A DNA stretch of 64,000 bases. Origin: the human T2T-CHM13v2.0 reference genome, Homo sapiens. The DNA lies in NCBI RefSeq assembly GCF_009914755.1, contig NC_060925.1. The stretch is one strand, 5' to 3'. This document shows positions 31,555-51,080 of the stretch, piece by piece. The number at the start of each line of letters is the position of its first letter. Within the stretch, counting starts at the first letter, position 1. The translations under genes and the position numbers were made by a program. Under the pieces are notes generated by a model. That model was not told the origin of the DNA. It did not search any database and worked only from the letters and a program-made list of their open reading frames with translations.

Positions 31555-34039
31555 TAACTCGCCTCCCGCGCCGCCTCGCCCCTTTCTGCTTGGCCAGGGC
31601 TTGTTGGATGGGCAGCATCTCTCCTTGGCCCATTTGCTCGCCTTTCCCTAGGGACCGCTCTAAAATCAGTCGAATTTATTGATCTGCAAAGTGCTTTGCA
31701 AATGGGTTCTTCTCAGCTGGCCTTGGTTCCTGCGCTCCTGACTCCAGATGGTGCCTGGTATCTGCTCTTCCCTCCCAAATCCTCTAGGAATGGGAGCAAT
31801 GGCCAGAGAGGGAGGATGCTTCTGTTTTCTCTTAAGACATTTCCATATTTGTGAAATGCAAAGTAGAACTTGAGCTGTTAAAAACTAAAATAACCCAAAC
31901 TGCAGGAGTTCCAAGAGCCCAGCTCTGAACAGAAACCTGTGCTTAGCACAATTCCTTCTCCCTTGTAGATTACAAGGGGACTTGGCCACCCACTCTGAGG
32001 CTGGGGTAGGCCTGGCCAGGCTTGACTTGAGTCAAGTGCTCCTGGCAGACGAGACAACGGTCTGTGCCTCATCAGAGAGCGGCGTCTCCAGTTAGGCGCT
32101 AATGCTGGATGAATTAGTCTTGAAGTGGCCACTAGTAGGTCTCCTTGTGGGAGGGCTTAGAGCCAGATGGGGAGCCCAGGCCCTGCCCTCATTTTAAAAT
32201 GAGCCCCTGGGCACTCCCAGAGAGAGGCATTAGCAGGTTACAGAATGAAGCTATTAAATAATAGGTGTGGCATTAATAATAGGTGTGGCAGTGTTTCTTG
32301 AGTAATTTCAGAGCTACTCACAGGTTGACAGATGTACCCTAAGGTGCTTTCTTTAAAATATATACATAGAGAGAGAAAACAATTTTTTAAATGAACTTTT
32401 GAGTTCCTGAGATCAAGAAGGGTTAAAAGTTAATGTTATTTTGCCCATATATACTGGTCTTAGGCTTTATTTCTGCCCTAAAAATATTCTACTTAAAAAA
32501 AATTCCGTCATCCCATTTATAGTATAAAGGAAATAATGTCACTGGATTGTGGAATTGGGGCTAGAAACTTGTCTTTGGGGCAATATTGAAGCCTATGGAA
32601 GCCAGAAAATGTCTAGTTGGCTAAACCAAAGGATATATGAAATTAATAGTTTGCCGAAGACAGTTTTTAAAATTAAACTGTGGTGACACATCAGTGGATA
32701 TTCAGCTAAGTATTTTAAACACCTGTAAGAGAAGAATGTAACCTATTTTGGTGCAAAAAAAATATTGGACCATCTCTTACTTGTTGAAAAGCCTAAGCCG
32801 ATTCGTGAAGGTCCTGTTGGTGCAGGTGACAGTCTTGCCCTGAGGCCTAGACTGTTTTGCTGCAGGGTGCCACCCCCGACGCCAGGCAGTTAGACTGGCG
32901 CTCCTGGGCCAGTGGTGACACCTGGTGGTCAGGGCACTTGTCTACGGGGCTTCCTTCCTACCTCAGTTATGTTTATTTGGCTTACTTCCCACAAGTCACT
33001 TATTCTTTCGTTGTAGGCAGTCATTTATTCAGCAAATATGTGTTGGCTTCTAAATATATTATCTTATTTAATTCTCATAGCAAGTCTATAAGGTAGGGGT
33101 TCCATTTCGTAGATAAATAAACTGAGGCTCAGAAAGCATAACTAACTTTCCTAAGGTCCCCTCAGCTGGTAAGTGCGATGCCAAGATTCTGATCAGGTCT
33201 GTGTAACTTCAAACAGGGTGGTGCCAGATAAAGGAATAAATCGTGTGCCATATATGAAAGTTTCTGAATAGGGAGCTTCCTAATGACTTTAATGAGCAAG
33301 GGGTATACTCCGCAAGACTTAGAAATGAAAAAGTTGAGTATCTTGGGTTAAACTCACCCCTTTTTCTTCCAATTAAAATTTGACTTTGATCAATTTGATT
33401 TTAAGTAAGATTAGGAATAGTGCTCTGTGTAGCCAAACCAAAAAGCCATATAGTATGGGGGAAATGACTCACAATAAGGAGCCTGTGCCTTTGACATTAG
33501 GTAGAGATAGTTGGTGTAAAGCTAAGAGCAAGGATTTGGAATGCGGTGAGTCTAAGCCTAAACCCCAGTTCCACTGTGGTAAACCTGGATGGGTTACTTA
33601 GAGTCCCAAAACTTCTGTATGTAAAATAGAAACCATCACTGACATGTGGTGGTGTGAGGATTTAGTGAGATGATGTGCCCAAAACACCTAAACAGTGCCT
33701 TAGCACCCAGTTGGCATTTAAAGAGGAGACCAGGAACTTGTCCAAGAAGGTCCATTTGCTTGAGATGTTATATTTGATTCCTTTATCCTAACAACTACAA
33801 AATTGTTGGTTTGAGAAAGAGACCTCATTTTACAAGAAAAAAAAAAAAGAAAATCTGAAATATCTAAAGGAAGTGAATTATTTCAAAATCACAGAACTTT
33901 TAATTAGTGGGTGCCAGTCAAGGCAGTGCATCTCTAATTGAACGCTAGATTTTAACTTCTAAAAAATTGCTGTATGTGCCCCTTAAAAGTCAGGTGTAGT
34001 TAACACTGTAACATTTCTCCTGTAAAAATATGAAATGAA

Positions 34040-34481
34040 TTACATAGAAAAGAGGTAATATAGCAGGCCCAAGACTGCTATTCTTAGAAAGGCCTATGTA
34101 CAAGGCTGGCCCTTGGCTGGCATCTGGGAGCTTGAATGGTAAATGGTTCCATACATGATACAAAACTTTACGTAAATGATAAGAGTGGCTCACTGTGCCT
34201 AGACTGTACGGAGTGGTTTATGCTAAATTCCATCTGGAATTTTGGTTCTTGCTAGGCAGCCTACGTGACCAGCCCTAATACAAATTTTGGGCATTGAGTC
34301 TCTAATGAGTTTCCCTGGTAGACAGCACATCACAATTTAATTCTAGAGAAGTTAAGTGTGTGCTGATTCGACTTTGTATCTTTTCATTGTAATAAACCTT
34401 AGCCATGAGTAGGACTGTATGCTGAGTCCTGTGAGTCCTAATGAATCACCAAACTTAGGATTGGTCTTGGAGACTCCCTGA
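34040..34481. mobile_element. MER21-family LTR
   Basis: gactgctattcttagaaaggcct...aataaaccttagccatgagta..gctgagtcctgtgagtcct..gaatcaccaaact. Confidence 0.65.
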
Positions 34482-35647
34482 TGGATGAACCTTTATAAAA
34501 TAATACTCATCTTGCTACAGAAAAGCCTTAGAGGCACACAGAAAATTGCATATATAGATATAAATAGAGAGACCCAAATATATATAGGTCATATGTATTT
34601 GATATATATATTAATATATTTGGCTTTGTACAACAACTAAACATGCAGATCATTTATTCTTGGCCAAGTATTAGTTGAGCATTTACCAGGTTTCTATTAA
34701 TAGCTCTCCATCTGGGATTGTGAGAAGTACAACAAATATAAGGATCCACAAGGGAATTACTTCTAATGAAATTAGATCATAGATGTATAATTGCTTGACA
34801 GTAGAAGACAGTGTGACTTAGTGCCCAATCAATGGATCAGACAATATATTGAGTGTTGTTGAAATTCTAAAGCAAAAGAGTTAATTTACAACTGTAATGG
34901 TTACTGACAACCACATTGGCATTTCTGTGGAGCACTCTGGGAGGATGAGTTTGCATTGACAAAGTGAGGATGGGAGGACAGCTTGAGCAAGTCATCAATA
35001 GGAGTTGATAATAGATCAGCCTGATTGCAGAGCGTTCATGTTGAATGGAAGCAGAAGATAAGATTAGAGAAAGACTTTGAATACTGTTGTAAAGAGTTTC
35101 TTTCTACTCTCTTTCTATAAATGAGAGTTGCTTTCTACTGCTCATAGGGTAAAATTAAACCTAAGATTCTTGAACTGAGTTGTTGTGTGGTTAAAGTGGC
35201 GTATCACCTGGCTGACAGGCTGATGCTATCTGTATTCAAGGTTGGGTGGGGGGGAAATTAGAGATGGGGAGACAAATTAGGAGGCTATTAAAATAACCCA
35301 GGCAGGAGCTAATGAGAACCTGAACTCCGAGGTGTCTCATGTAAGTGACTGATAAATGATAATCTTATGACAGATGCCTTGACGCCACCACAGAAGTAAA
35401 GAAGTCAGGAAAATTATTTGTTTTGTTTAAGGGGAATATTGCATATGGTGGTGGAAGATATAGTGGGTTAAGTTGTATGCTTAGCATGCTACATTTGAGG
35501 TGACAGCCTGATGAGTAGTGGGAGGCATTTATGCGGTATGTGGATTTCTTAGATGTTGTCTATTGGAGCCATATAGGCCTGCTTACTAAACTTATTTAGA
35601 ATTTCCTTACATTGTTTTTACCCTTTTAAAGATTATTAGTGAAAAAA

Positions 35648-35955
35648 GGCCAGGCATAGTGGCTCATGCCTGTAAATCCCAGCACTTTGGGAGGCCGAGA
35701 CACGCGGATTGGTTGAGCTCAGGAGTTTGAGACCAGCCTGGGCAACATGGCAAAACCCCATTTCTACAAAAAACATACCAAAAAATTAGCTAGATGTGGT
35801 GGTGGGCACCTGTAATGCCAGCTACTCAGGAGGCTGAGGTAGGAGGATCGCTTGAACCCGGGAGGCAGAGGTTGCAGTGAGCTGAGATCACCACCACTGC
35901 ACTCCAGCCTGGGCAACAGAGTAAGACTCTGTCTCAAAAATAAATAAATAAAAAT
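35648..35955 (+). mobile_element. Alu (J/S) with TSD
   Basis: Full dimer with TSD AAAGATTATTAGTGAAAA on both sides. Confidence 0.93.
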
Positions 35956-36189
35956 AAAGATTATTAGTGAAAATTAATTTTAGAAGCCAGTTTTTCTTGG
36001 TATTGTTTTCAATGAAGAGATTGGAAAAATATAAAGACTAAAAGGTAATTATTTGTAATAAATATTATTAAAATGGTCAGGGTAAATTGTCAGATTTTTA
36101 CATGCCATAGTTAATAAAATATTTGGAAAATACATTGTACGATTATGGTGGTCTATTCAACTGAGGCTAAATTGTTGTCTAATAAAATA

Positions 36190-36400
36190 CAGTCATGTAT
36201 CAGTTAACAATGAGGATCTGTTCTGAGGAGTGCATCCTTAGGCGATTTCATCATTGTGCAAAAGTCATAGAGTGTACTTACACAAACCTAGATGGTATAG
36301 CCTACTACGTGCTTAGACTATGTCGTATAGCCTGTTGCTCTGACCACATCGTGTATTTGGTCTGTTGTTGACCAAAATGTCCTCATGCAGTACATGACTG
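36190..36400. mobile_element. Tigger3/Golem-type MITE
   Basis: TA|CAGTCATG...CATGACTG|TA terminal inverted repeats and an internal cacaaacctagatggtatagcctac motif. Confidence 0.85.
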
Positions 36401-37489
36401 TATTTCTGAAGATGTTTCAAAAGGACAGTATTATTGTATTTAAATCTTTTCACCGTACTTCCTTTGCAAAAGCATTTAAATCACTTTTAAGGTTTATTAA
36501 AACTGGCATGGCAGGTTTAATTCTGGCCTACTTAAACAAAGGAATAATAGGAAGAAATTTTTTCTATATCTTTTAGAATTCCCTAGTTTGCCTTATTTTG
36601 TTCATCTTTTTTTTTGTGCTGATAGCCAAATAGTTTTCTAAGTTTCACATGAGGCTGTGGCAGAAACACATGTGAATTTGGGGAGTGTCTGGGAAGCTGA
36701 TGAGCACATCTATGTATTGGACCTTTTACTCTAAACAAGCGGAAAGGATTTCTTTCTTTTAGCCAGAGTACATCCTTCTGTTTTCAAGATTTTAGTTCAC
36801 TGCACATTGTGTATTTCTTTTTAGTAAACATTTCTTTATTGAAAAAGTAATACAGATTCATATGGACAACTTAGAAAATAGAAAGGCAGAAAGAAAGGAA
36901 CAAAAATTGCCCATAAATGAACCACCCAGGGATAATCACTATTATAAATATTTTAGTATAGAAATTAGGAGCCTTTATTGATCTGTACACATACATGTAT
37001 GACCACACTCCCCCACACAACTATCACATACCCTTTTTAAGCCAAAATGAGATTATACTATACTTAGTATGGTTTTTTACTTCATGTATCTTTTCATATC
37101 ATTAAATATTCAATTACAAGATTATTTTAATAGTGCATATTATTCTATTGTATGAGTTTCCATGACTTATTGAACCAAGTCACTTTTGAAAGGCTTTCTC
37201 CTTTCCTTTCTTTTTTGTTAATAGTTTTATAAATAAACTACAATAAACATCCTTATAACCAAGCTTGGTATACATCCATTATTATTTATTTAGGATTAAC
37301 ACTTAGAAATGGAATTATAGAGTCACAGGGCATGCAGATTTTTAAGGGTTTTGATATATATTACCAACTTGCCCTTCAGTGCATTAAATTGATTTTTTAA
37401 GATTAGTAATCACTAATAAGCAGCAAATTATCAAAAGTTACTAGTAGTAGAAAGTACTGTCTGACCATATGGCACAGAATTATTTATAC

Positions 37490-38150
37490 ACTAGATCCAG
37501 CAACCCCACTTCTGGGTATACATTCGAAGGAATTGAAATCAGTATGTTGAAGAGAATTCTGTACTCTCATTGTCTTTGCAGCATTATTTACAATAGCCAA
37601 GTTATTGAAACAACCTAAGTGTCTGTAAACAGATGAATGGATAAAGAAGATGTGGTATATACAATGGAAATTATTCGGCCTTTTAAAAAAAAAAAAGGAA
37701 ATCCTGTCATTTGTGACAACATGGATGAACCTGGAGGACTTTTGTTTAAAATGAAATAAGCCAGGCACAGAAAGGCAAATACTGCATCATCTCACATATA
37801 TGTGGGATATAAAAAAGGTGAACTCATAGTGGGTGAGGGCACGGAGAGATGGGGAACTGTTGGTCATAGGGCACAAAGTTTCAATTAGGTGGCATGGATA
37901 TGTTCAGATCTGTTGTACAGAATGCTGACTATAGTTAATAATAATGTATTATACTTGAAAATTGCTAAGAGAATAGATCATAAGTGTTCTCCAACAGCAA
38001 AAAAAATAAATATGTGAGTTGATGGCTATGTTAATTGGCTTGGTTTAGCAATTTCACAATATATACACATATCAAAACATTACATAGTACACAGTAAGTA
38101 TATACAATTTTTGTCAACTATATTTTAATATAGTTAAGTAATTAAAATAA
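37490..38150 (+). mobile_element. L1MA 3' end
   Basis: gatccagcaaccccacttctgggtata...aaaattgctaagagaatagat...A-rich end. Confidence 0.8.
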
Positions 38151-38714
38151 AAAATTTTTTAATTAAAAAATTCCTTATACCCTGACCAGAAATGGAGTCA
38201 TCAATTCACATTATTATAATACCTGTAATAATAGTAGCTGACATTTATTTGAGCACTTTCCCAGTGCGTCAGGAACTTTTCTAAGCCTTTACATTTAATC
38301 TTCAAGATATTCCCGTGAGGAAGGTGCTATTATTACGTCATTACCATTATTAGTGCCCTTGCCATTATTGCTGCTATTACTCTCATTTTATACCTGGGGA
38401 AACAGAAGCACAAAGAGATGCTAAAAGTTACTCAGCTAGTAAGTGGTAGAGCTAGGAGGCATTCTAGCTCCAAGGACCACTGTTAATCACTAAATTCTAC
38501 TGCCTTTCAGGCTTTGTGTTGTATGCTTTCTCATTTTTATGTTTTATAAAAATGGTAGGTAAATATATGTAGTATAACTTTTTCTGAATGTCAGTTTCAG
38601 AAAACTGGTTCCAATATGTGACATCACTAAACAGGTTACAAGACCTGGCCCCTTTAGATTTTCCCTGAGGCAATTGTATATGAAAGATAAGTAAAATGCA
38701 GCGAGGCATTTTTA

Positions 38715-39020
38715 TGGGCTCATGCCTGTAATCCCAGCACTTTGGAAGACTGAAGCAGGAGGGTGGCTTGAGCCCAGAAATTCAAGAACAGCCTGGGCAA
38801 CATAGTGAGACCCTGTCTTTGAAGAAAATTTAAAAATTAGCTGGGTTTCGTGGCATGCACCTGTGTTCCCAGCTACTCAGGGAGACTGAGGTGGGAGAAT
38901 CTCTTGAGCTTGGGAGATTGAAGCTGCAGTGAGCCATGATTACACCACTGCACTCCAGCATGGGTGATGGAGCAGGACTCTGTCTCAAAAAAAAAGAAAA
39001 GAAAACAAAAGAAAAGAAAA
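38715..39020 (+). mobile_element. AluJ-like SINE
   Basis: Alu body with an (AAAAG)n tail and a degraded 5' end. Confidence 0.88.
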
Positions 39021-40321
39021 ATGGTACTCATGCCACTTTTTTTTTCAAGATGTGGCTTTGTACAACTAAGTTCACAAAATTTAGTCACATTATTGGATAG
39101 TCATATCTTATAAAAATAGTATTAATGCCATTTTACACCAGTAAGTTAATATTCACCACTGTATCACTGAGCCTTACATAGCCAGCATTTTGTAAATATT
39201 GAAAGAAAGCAAATATTGGGAGAAAAGATCTGTTGTAGTTTTGCTAAAGATGACACACATACAGAGATCACTAAATTAAATATATGGGGAAGTAGATCAT
39301 GTTTTATCTACACAGCTTGTAAAAAATTATGTTCGGTTTGGGGTGCAGGCCTTTGAGGGTTATCAAATGGAGGTCCAAGGAAGATATTCGGATTCTTAAG
39401 AATCTTGAATTATGCTAATAACAGGAGACTGGGGTTAGTCTTGAGAGAAGATAATGGTCTTCAAATACTAAAAAATTGACTTGTATATATGTATATTTTA
39501 CATTCCTAATTTTATTTGATTCTTACAAAACCCCTTTAATAGAAGTAGGAAACCATTGTCACCTGTTTTTGATTTAGAATGGATGTCAGGTGCTATAACA
39601 AGGTATTTTTAAAAAATAACTGGCTTAACCAAGATAGAAGTTTACTTCTCTTTCATATGAAGTCCAACCTAGTGTGGTAGCTGTGCTCTGTCCAGTTGTC
39701 AGGGGCCTGGACTCTTTTTGTCTTATTGCTCTCAGGGTATTGTTCTCATCCACAGGGACTGACTTGGCTCACCCCACATCCGAATTCCAGCCACTGGGAA
39801 GGAGGAGAGGGGAAGGGAAGGTCCCTTGTGCTCACAGTCCATTGACCAGAACATCAGCACCATGCCACATCCAGCCCCAAGGTTGAGAAATTTAGTTTTT
39901 GCTGGGTGCCTGTATGCCTAACGAAACACTGAATTAGAATAAAGGGAGGAGAGGACAGATATCAGGATAATTAGCCTCTGTCATACCACTCTTTTAGACA
40001 TGAGAAAGTTGATCCTTAGAAAATAATTTGTTCAAAGTCACATATCAACTAATGAAAGATATTTGAAAAATTGTGCCATAAAGAAGGAATAGACTATGCT
40101 GGGTGCAGCTGAGGACAGAACTAGGACCAGTGGGGAGATGTTAAAGAAGGCATGTTTCTATTCAGTATAACATTAAAACAAATAAGTTCTAACATTTAGG
40201 AGAGTAAAATAGTGAGTAGACTACCTCAGTACTACTAACAGTTGAATGACCTCATCCATTTGTCAGGAATGTTATTCCTCGTTAGGAGGATGGGTCATCT
40301 AGATGATGATGCTGATTATTC

Positions 40322-40610
40322 TTTTTAGAGGCAGTTACTCTGTTGCCCAGGCTAGACAGGCTTGAGTGCAGTGGCACGATGATAGCTCATTGCAGCCTTG
40401 AATTCCTGTGCTCAAGCAATCCTCTCTCCTCAGCCTCCCAAGTAGCTGGGGCTACAGGTGTGTGCCACATGAACATGCTAAATTTTCTATTTTTGTAGAG
40501 ATGTGGTCTTGCTATGTTGCCCAGGCTGGTCTCAAATTCCTGGCCTCAAGCAATCCTGCCTCAGCCGCCTAAACTGCTGGGATTACAGGTGTGAGTCACT
40601 GTACCTAGCC
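40322..40610 (-). mobile_element. AluJ-like SINE
   Basis: Antisense dimeric Alu. Confidence 0.88.
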
Positions 40611-43249
40611 TCACCTAAATGATTCTTAAGGCCCTTTCTAACTCCAAAATTCTATGATTAAGCTTTCAATTTTGTCTTTTAATACTACTCTTCCTAAATC
40701 TTTCACTATAGCTGGGACTGGACAGCTTATATCAGCCAATTATGTGTGCATTTGTGTCTCTTTGATATCCTCTCCTTCACCCTTCTTTTAGTCAGTCCAC
40801 ATTTCAGCCATTCTTTAAGATCTAAATCAGTTATCTTCTCAGTTTTATACCCATACGTGTCCAACCTACAGTCCACCCACGGCTCCTAACATTACTACAC
40901 ATACTGTATCCTTAATTAATGTTGGTTATTTGTTGAATGAATGAAAACTTTTCTCACCATCCCACTGTGATTTCACTTGTCACTCAATTCTTACAGTTCT
41001 TGTTGCTACCAGTCATTTCACACCAAATTTACTCTTTTAATTACCTTCATGAAAAATTACCATACAGTGTACAATTTGCAGTAATAAATATAAACTCAAG
41101 AATAGGTAGAAAGGAGAAAGTGTTTAACTGGGATTTTTTGTGGGGGTGAGGTCAGGGGAAGTGTCATGGAAGAGAATTCCTTAGCAGGGTTTTTTTAAAA
41201 GTCTAGCTGGAGGAGAAAACAGAATGATAAAGGGAACAGAAGACACAGTGACATGAAGCAGCATGTTGTGTTGAGGGCACAGTGGGTAGAGTGGTGTATA
41301 ACTGCTGCCACATAGAGGAAGGGAGAGGAAGTGGTCATTTCAAGGAGCCTAGACTTGGTTCTGTGCTGTAGTCTAGGGAGCCAAAAGCAGGGAGTGATAT
41401 GCAAAGTTAGTGGTTTGGTTTAGGGTTGGAATTGAAGAGAATTCTCATCTGACACATGACCTTAGCTTTCTCAGTAGCAACCAAGAAAGGTAGAATAAGG
41501 GATGTGAGGATAATGATGAAAGATCAGAAAAGCTTCCACAAGGAATGGGAGAGGAAGCTGACCAAAGACAAGTCCAAAAGGCCCAACTGAAATTTAAAAA
41601 CATGAATTTTAATGATGGCAGTATACGTGTTCATGCAGTTTTCTCCAGCAGTGCTTGTATGTCAGGGATAGGAGGCAGTGGGTAGTAGAATTGATTCAGA
41701 TTTGGAAGTTTATGGGTATGTGGAAAGGCAGTTGGGAGTACTGGTGAGAAAGGAATCTAAAGAATCAGTAATGGGGTCCAGATTTCATATGGAGCAAAAC
41801 CAGGCCAGGAAGATAAATAAGGAAAATATGGAACAGTTGGAGGATGAAGGCCTTAGTGATGTTAAAGGAAGATATGTGTGGAAGGAAAGATGCTGTGCAG
41901 AATTAGTTGGTGGGGAGGGGCTGTACTCAGAGTGGGATATTAACGCTTGGGATTACTTCAGTAGAGCAGGCCACAGTTGGCAGGGTATGGATGTTGCTGA
42001 GATGGTGTGAAGAATGGCATAGGGCAAAGAACCGTGAGTCTAGGGCGTGTTGTTTGCATGATATTACGATAGCCAGAATGATTGCAGGTGTTGGAGTGAA
42101 GAGAGAAAAATTGCAAAACAGCTACTTCACTGTCACATCAACCTGGAGGGGAAGAGTGTGACATAAGCCAGACATCACGTGCCTCAAGCTTTTAAACCCT
42201 AAGCTTGAAAGTAGTAGAGTTACAGCCTGCAAGTGGCAATGAGAGTGCCGGCACTGCCTCTGGACCTGTGGAAGATGGGGGTGGAGAATAAACATCACCT
42301 CTGCTGTAGGGGTACAATACAGCTAGTGTCCTCGTGAGATAGCCAGGTTTCGGTTAGACAATAAGAGGAGTGTTCTATGAAGAGACTAAGAGTATGAGGG
42401 TTTGTTTAATCCTAGAACAGAGGTTTCAGGTGGTTATCGTGGAATGAGTTGGGAGAGAGAGGAGCAACAGAATGAGTTGAAGTGAGGAAAAACAGAACAG
42501 TAGGACAGAGAAGATTGAGGATTTAGGGAGAATAGGTGACCAAGACTTTCATCTTAGATTTTTCCTACAGATTACAGGGATGAAAGGTATAATTTGAACT
42601 GACTGGCCTCAAAATTTTCAGTGTGGATATGAAATAATTTAGTGTCAAGTGATACAAGACAGTTTCTCTGGCTGCTACTTCTTGGAGTGTAAAAATGAGG
42701 TTGCGTTAGGTCCTGCCGCCCACTTCCTAGGAGGTCATGCCTTCTTTTATTGTCCATCCCTCCTTTTATTGTCCGTCCTTCCTCCTTACTGTCTCACACC
42801 CCTCTGCTGACAAACTTAATCTTCATCCTCACCAGTCTTTTAACTATTATTTCAGAGGATGAACTATTCTTCCTTCTGTTCCTTGCCATTTCTCTGTATC
42901 TTTGATCCTGTCCTTGTTTACCTTCCTTCTCCTTCTCTATACAATTCTGATACAAACTTCATGAGAAAAATAACTACATTTCCTGTCTCTTAAGCATTCC
43001 TCCTCTGCCCTCAATCCTGCACTCTGACTGCTGCCCCAGCACTCAACTAAAACTGTTTTTGCTAATACCATCAGTCATCCCTGATTGCCATGTCTAATCA
43101 GTATTTTCTCATTTGTACCTTTGTACTGTGTTTGAAACATTCTGAAAATTACCTATTTCTTGAAACTTGACTATCTTGACTTCCATGAATCCTATTCTTC
43201 ACATCTCTAATTCCTTCTCTGAATTGCTTGAAGGCACTTCTTCTGCCTG

Positions 43250-44135
<886 letters not shown>

Positions 44136-44554
44136 TATTGCCCACCCATCTTTAAAGGCTTCCACAGGATTTGTGAGGCAATGAGGGCAATTATTAGGAT
44201 TCTACTTTGCAAATAAATAAAGATCAGAAAAGGCAAATGATTTACCCAACATTATACTAGTAGTAAGTGATAGAGCAAGTCTAAAATTCAAGATTCCTGC
44301 CGATTCATCCAAGACTTTTTCATTATCTTATGTGACCTCTTTATTACGTAACAGAGAAATAGAGTTTAGATTTCTCACCTGGAGGTCCAAGCCAAGAACT
44401 GCTACACAACCCTTGAAAAACTACAGTACCTCATGTAGCCTTGGCTGGGAAAGGGAATAGGCTGGAAAGGTAACTACAGTCTTTGTTAGGGCCTTTAGTG
44501 ATGAGGATATTAGAGTCTCCAATAAATCCAAGAATTTGTTTGTATTTACAATGT

Positions 44555-45800
44555 ATTAGGCCAAGAGTGGAAAGGCAACTCATAGAATGGGAGAAAATAT
44601 TTGCAAGTCATATATTTCATAAGAGATTGATATCAAGAATAAGTAAAGAACTCCTACAACTCAACAACAAAAACACCAAACAACCCAGTAAAAACTGGAC
44701 AAAGGACTTGAATAGACATTTCTCCAAAGAAGTTATACAAATGGCCAGAAGCACAAGAAAAGGTATACAGCATCACTTATCATTAGGGAAATGCAAATCA
44801 AAACCACAGTGAGGTATCACCTCTTACTCATTAGGATGGCAACTATCAAAAACAAAAAACAAAAACAAAAAAATAACAAGTGTTGGCAATGATGTGGAGA
44901 AATTAGAACCCTTTTGCATTGTTGGGAATGTAAAATGGGGCAGCCCCTATGGAAAACAGTATGGTGGTCCCTCAAAAAACTTTAAACCAGCAATTCTTCT
45001 GGATGTATACCCAAAGAATTAAAAGCAGGGACTTAAATATTTGGACACCCATGTTCATAGCAGCATTATTCTAAATAACTGAAAGGTAGAAGAAAACTAA
45101 GTGTCCATCACAGGATGAATGGATAAACAAAGTGTGGTATATACATACAGTGGAATATTATTCAGCCTTAAAAAATGAAGGAAATGCCAATACATGCTAC
45201 AACATGGGTGAACATTGAGGACATTATGCTAAATAAGCCAATCACAAAAAAAAAAGACAAATACTTTATGATTCTGCTTAAATGAGGTACCAAAAGTAGT
45301 CAGAGTCATAGAGATAGAAAGTAGAATGGTGGTTGCCAGGGCCTGTGGTAGGGAAAAATGAAGAGTTTAATGGATATAGAGTTTTGGTTTTGTGAGATAA
45401 AAAGAGTTCTGGACATTGGACACTACTGAACTGTATACTTAAAAATGGTTAAGATGGGCCAGGCGTGGTGGCTCACGCCTGTAATCCCAGCACTTTGGGA
45501 GGCCAAGGCAGGCAGATCGCCTGAGATCAGGAGTTCAAGACCAGCCTGGCCAACATGGTGAAACCCCGTGTTTACTAAAAATACAGACATTAGCTGGGCG
45601 TGGTGGCAGGTGCCTGTAATCCCAGCTACTCGGAAGGCTGAGGAGGAGAATCACTTGAACCCAGGAGGCGGAGGTTGCAGTGAGCTGAGATCGTGCCATT
45701 GCACTCCAGCCTGGATGCCAAGAGCTAGACTTCGTCTCAAAGAAAAGGGGGGGTTAGATGGTCAATTTTATGAGTATTTTACCACAATTTTTTAAATGAA
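44555..45800 (+). mobile_element. L1MB 3' fragment with nested AluS (45457-45745, + strand)
   Basis: ORF2 C-terminal remnant ([19 protein letters not shown]) and 3'UTR. The Alu is flanked by GGTT(A)AGATGG-like repeats. Confidence 0.85.
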
Positions 45801-46399
45801 TAAATATTTCATCCCCTCCAAATGTTTATTAGGCCAAACCAATTATTTGTACATTAGTATATTCAACTAATATAGACTCCATTAAAAAAAAGTTTTCTCT
45901 TATTTAAACTTCATAATTTAGGAACATTTCATTATGAATTTTTCTGCAGTAGCAATGATGAGTTCCTGCAATCATTCTATCAACTAATGCGATTTAGTAG
46001 AATATACACATATGGGCTTAAACAGTAATTGATTTTTATTTAACAGTTTTAGAAAAATCCCTCTGTCATATGATAACTGTTTAACATCAGAGGAATTGTC
46101 AGACTGTTTTTTAAAGAGGCTACACTGAAAAATGCTTTCCTGATGAAGATTCAGTGTTGCTATAGCACTCTTTATTAAAGTGGTTTTTCACGATAAGCAC
46201 AAGTCAAAATGTTATTAGAGTCAAAATGTCTGACATTCTATCATCCCATTTTTGCCCTTCCTGGTTAAATCCTACTAATCCTTTAAAGCTTATAGATGCC
46301 AACTCTTCTAAGGAGTCTTCCCGAATTTCTCAGCTAAAATTAATAACTCCCTTCCTTCTGGGAACTTTCAGGGATTGGTAGGACTTAAACAGAAAAGGG

Positions 46400-46980
46400 A
46401 AACAGTTACCATATGACTCAGCAATTCCACTCCTAGGTGGAATGAAATTCTGTATTCAAGAGAAAAGAAAATATAATGTCACACAAAAATGTGTACATGA
46501 ATTTTCTTAGCACCATTATTTATAACAGCCAAAAAGTTGAAACAACCCCAGTGTCCATCAGTTGATGAAAGGATAAATGAAACCTGATGTATCCATAGCA
46601 TGGAATATTACTCAGCAATAAGATGAAATGAAGTACTGCTAAATGCAACAACATGGATGAAGCTTGAAAACATCATGCTCAGTAAAGAAGCTAGTCACAA
46701 AAAAACACATTCTATGATTCAATTGATATAAAACATCTGGAATAAGCAAAATCTACAGAGACAGAAAGTAGATTAGTGGTTGGCTAGGGCTGAGGGATTG
46801 GAGAGAAATGGGCAGTGACTGCTAGTGGATATGAGGTGTCTTTTGGAGGTGATGAAAATGTTCTAAAATTGACTGGCGATAGTTTCACAAACAATATACT
46901 AAAAGCTATGGATTTGTACACTTAAAATGAGATATGATATGTGAATGATATGATATGTGAATTATATCTCAGTAAAGCAG
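46400..46980 (+). mobile_element. L1MB 3' end
   Basis: ttaccatatgactcagcaattccactcctaggt...gaattatatctcagtaaagc. Confidence 0.75.
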
Positions 46981-47296
46981 GCTTTTCCATTTTAATGTTA
47001 TTTGTTTTGTGTGTGTGTGAGATACAGGTGTCACTGTTTGCCCAGGCTGTTCTCAAACTCCCGGGTTCAAGCAATCCGCTCACCTCAGCCTCCCAAGTAG
47101 CTGGGACCACAGGCACACACCACTGTGCCTGGCTCCTAATAAAGCTTTCTTAAAAAAGCATTTTCTGACAAAATTCCCCTAAACTAATATAATTCCTGGA
47201 CAAATTCATTTTTTAATTTAGCAAATACCTGCCTACGGTAATATCTTGTTTTATCTATTTCACTTTATTGTGCTTTGCAGATACTGCATTTTTTTT

Positions 47297-50645
<3,349 letters not shown>

Positions 50646-50715
50646 ACTGCATTTTTTTTAATTGAAGATTTGTGGCACCTCTACACCAAGCAAGTCTGTC
50701 AGTGCTGTTTTTCCT

Positions 50716-51080
<365 letters not shown>
